A stretch of 64,000 nt of DNA from positions 496,001 to 560,000 of the forward strand of contig MU057711.1 of assembly GCA_013265495.1 (NCBI GenBank), given 5' to 3'. Position numbers and translations under genes: made by a program. Below are positions 61,201-64,000 of the stretch, piece by piece. Under the pieces are notes generated by a model. The model ran no database searches. It saw only the letters and a program-made list of their open reading frames with translations, and was not told the origin of the DNA. How positions within the stretch are numbered: the stretch's first letter is position 1; each line of letters begins with the position of its first letter. The stretch comes from Vicugna vicugna. Lineage: Eukaryota.

Positions 61201-62071
61201 TAGACATTTTTCCAAAGGAGATACATAGATAGCCAACAGTCACATGAAAAGATGCTCAACATCACTAATCATCAGAGAAATGCAATTCAAAACCACAGTG
61301 GGACATTACTTCACACCTGTCAGAATGGCTATCATCAAAAAGACCACAAATAGCTAATTTTGACAAGAATGTGGAGAAAGGGAACCCTAGTACACCATTT
61401 GTGAGAACAACCAACAATGGAAAACAGTATGAAGGTTCCTCAAAAAACTAAAAATAGAACCACCATATGAGCCAGCATTTCGACTCCTGGGTATATATCT
61501 GAAGAAAACAAAAACATTAATTCAAAAAGATACATGCACCCCAATGTTCATAGCAGCATTATTTACCATAGTCCAGATAGGAATTGGGCAGCAGATTAAT
61601 GGATAAAGAAGATGTAGTATATATACATGATGGAATATTACTCAGCCATAAAAAAGAACGAAATTTTGCCATTGGCAACAACATGGATAGACCTTGAGGG
61701 TATTATGCTTAGTGAAATAAGTCAGACAGAGAAAGCCAGATACTATATATTATCACTTACATGTGAAATTTAAAAATAAAAGAAACAAACTAATATAACT
61801 AAAAAGAAGCAGACTTTTCAGATATAGAGAACAAACTACTGGTTACCACTGGGGAGACAGAAGTGGGGAGGAGTAAGATAGGGACAGGGGATTAAGAGTT
61901 ACAAACTACTACATATAAAATAAATAAGGAACAAGGATATATTATACAGCACAGGGAATGTAGCCAATATTTTATAATAACTTTAAATGAAGTATAATCT
62001 ATAAAAAACATTGAATGACTGTGCTGTACACCTGCAAATAATATAATAAAATTAAATTAAATTAAAAAATT
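58223..62071 (+). mobile_element. 5'-truncated L1 (~3.85 kb): inter-ORF region, most of ORF2, 3'UTR, A-rich tail
   Basis: EN C-terminal half, RT motifs [21 protein letters not shown] and LSLFSDD (~60081-60101), and C-terminal region. 15-bp TSD AAAAGCCCWCTTGAG at 58208-58222 and 62072-62086. Confidence 0.95.
58487..61772 (+). pseudogene. L1 ORF2p (EN-RT), heavily disrupted
   Basis: ORFs 58497..58748 (DRSPRQKVSKE..FSRIDHMLGHK) and 59808..60050; many stops and frameshifts. Confidence 0.9.
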
Positions 62072-62559
62072 AAAAGCCCACTTGAGTATTTCCTAAGGAT
62101 TTTGCACAATTAATATTGGATACAGACAACCTAGACAAGACCAATATGATCTAATGTATCTTATTTCTCTTTTAAGATGCAGAAACAAGAAGCTTCAAGC
62201 TCACAGAACACTATGTTTCCCAGTAGGAAATCTGTATTTTCTTTTTGTTCTCTAAAGTAATTTTCACTGTGCTATAAGTTCTTTGGCAAAGAAGGAAAAA
62301 TTTGGAGGCCACATTCTGGATAATCTTGGTCAAAGAATTTCCCTTGAATGATTTAGATAACTGGACCTGGGGTAAGTGTTTCTCTGAATTATTCATATAA
62401 GATCCTCAGTTCTCTATTTTTTAGGCATAGATTTAGGTCCAGTCCACTGGGTTCTTTATTGAGGTCATCATTGTTTTGTCTGCCCCACATCCTCTTTCTG
62501 AGTATATTGCCCTTTATCCTGCATTAATAACCAAGGCTGACCCCAGTTCTCTGCTTCCA

Positions 62560-62893
62560 TGGCTACAGGGGTGGGTCCACACCCCAGGGCCATTTGGAGT
62601 TCTTCCCTGGGATAATTTTGAACTGGAGCTGAAGTAAAAATGTGGCTTTTCAATATGAAAGGGGACTCAATTTCAACCATGTTGTTTACCACAGATCAGA
62701 AAGAATGAAACTAACACAGAGAAAGAGGCCAAGAAAAAAGATAAAAAAACAAAAAACAAAAGTCTTATCCTTGGTTCCAGTTGTCCCTTAACCTGGCTGC
62801 ACCCTTGCTCTTAACACAGCAGCATGAACCAGTACTCCCCTCTTTTGAACCAGGATGATTCTGTCACTTGCAATCAGAACATTGTCACGTACA
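62560..62893 (+). mobile_element. MLT1-type LTR
   Basis: GAGTTCTTCCCTGGGATAATTTTGAACTGGAGCTG..TTCTGTCACTTGCAATCAGAA. Confidence 0.55.
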
Positions 62894-63204
62894 ACCCTTC
62901 AAATGTATACAAACTATTTTGGGGAATCACATTTCTCAAAGGGCCAGAGGCCCACGGCAGGCTAAGGATCCGTTTTCTAGACTCTGGTGGGCTATTTGCC
63001 TTATCTTGCTCCTGTGTTTTTGGTCCTTGGGTTCTTCACCCAGAGATCAGCCCTACAAACCCACAGTATGTAACAAAGCCAGGGGTCATTGCTTATGGAA
63101 GAATGTTCTGGAAGGGGCCTGCTCCTGGAAGAAGGAGCCATGGGGAGTGTGAGGAGTTCCTTGTTGGCAGGGAATGAGAGCCATCTGGACTGTATGCGAG
63201 GCAC

Positions 63205-63760
63205 CCTTGCAGAGCATGGATTCTAGAAGCAGGCTGTCTGAATTTGGATTCCAGCTTGTCCTCAAACTGACTCTATAACCTTACACAATTTTCTTACCTT
63301 CTCTGTGGTCTGGTTCCCTCAACTGTAAAATGGGGATGCCTATAACCACCAGATGCTCTAGACATCATCTTACCAGCTAAAGAACAAACAGAAAGGCTTT
63401 TCCCCCATAATTCGAATAAAAGTCTCAGAAATGAGTCTGGTGGGCAATTCTGGAGTCATATGCTCTTTTATGAATCAGTCAGAGGAATGAAACAGTCTGA
63501 ATGTTTGGCCTTGAGTCAGGTGACCATCTGTGAGCTTTAAGAAGGGGCAGTGCTAAGAATCCACACAATCTGAGAGTGGAGGAAGGGTTGTTCTTCAAAG
63601 GAAATCAAGTTTCCTTGAGTAGCATAAAGGAAAATGGACACAGCTCCCCTGTGGTGGACTGTGAGTCTCCTGAGGTTGGAGATCACAGATCATGCATTTC
63701 TAAGCACAATCTTATGCACTGTGGGCACATAGTAGGTGCTCAATAAGTAACTTTCCCTTT
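63205..63760. mobile_element. MIR (plus), MLT1-like fragment (minus) and L2 3' end (plus)
   Basis: CTGTAAAATGGGGAT; TGAATCAGTCAGAGGAATG..TCAGGTGACC; GGCACATAGTAGGTGCTCAATAA. Confidence 0.55.
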
Positions 63761-64000
63761 ATCCTGGCTATTAGTAAGCCTGATTAATAAAGAAAACTCT
63801 GATTCTCAATGTTATGATTCAAGGCAGAAATATCTTATGATCAGAAATATAGCATAAGCACTTAAAAACCTTTCTCTGACTTTATTCAAAGTTGTGAATG
63901 GTGTTCAGTAGCCTTAGACTCAGACTTTGAGCAGCAGATCCCAAGATGTCTTTGGAAATCCAGATGGAGCTTTTAAATACATGGGAGACAGACCTGGCCC

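Noticed and set aside
58223..62071. Active autonomous L1
   Set aside because: No promoter or ORF1, ORF2 has many stops, and the RT FADD motif is degenerate.

Overview
This is mammalian genomic DNA, most likely from a camelid (alpaca, llama or camel). That call rests on two tRNA-Ala(AGC)-derived SINEs of the Vic-1 type and cetartiodactyl-style L1 3' UTRs; I saw no Alu, B1, Bov-A/BovB or PRE-1 elements. I could not support any host protein-coding exon, RNA gene or prokaryote-type system. Every ORF with recognisable homology is a broken LINE-1 ORF1 or ORF2 fragment. The window looks intronic or intergenic: L1 clusters at both ends (1-6190 and 54130-62071), many MIR/L2/MaLR/ERV/hAT relics, and several repeat-free islands that look like conserved enhancers (PBX-HOX, MEIS, MARE, RFX and POU motifs). 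The most notable structures are (1) a 3-kb TSD-flanked L1 that keeps its promoter and ORF1 but lacks almost all of ORF2 (HAL1-like), (2) a perfect 266-bp tandem duplication with inverted repeats at its breakpoints, and (3) a prematurely polyadenylated L1 piece nested in another L1. Repeat family names come from my recollection of consensus sequences, not from a database search, and boundaries of old repeats are approximate.
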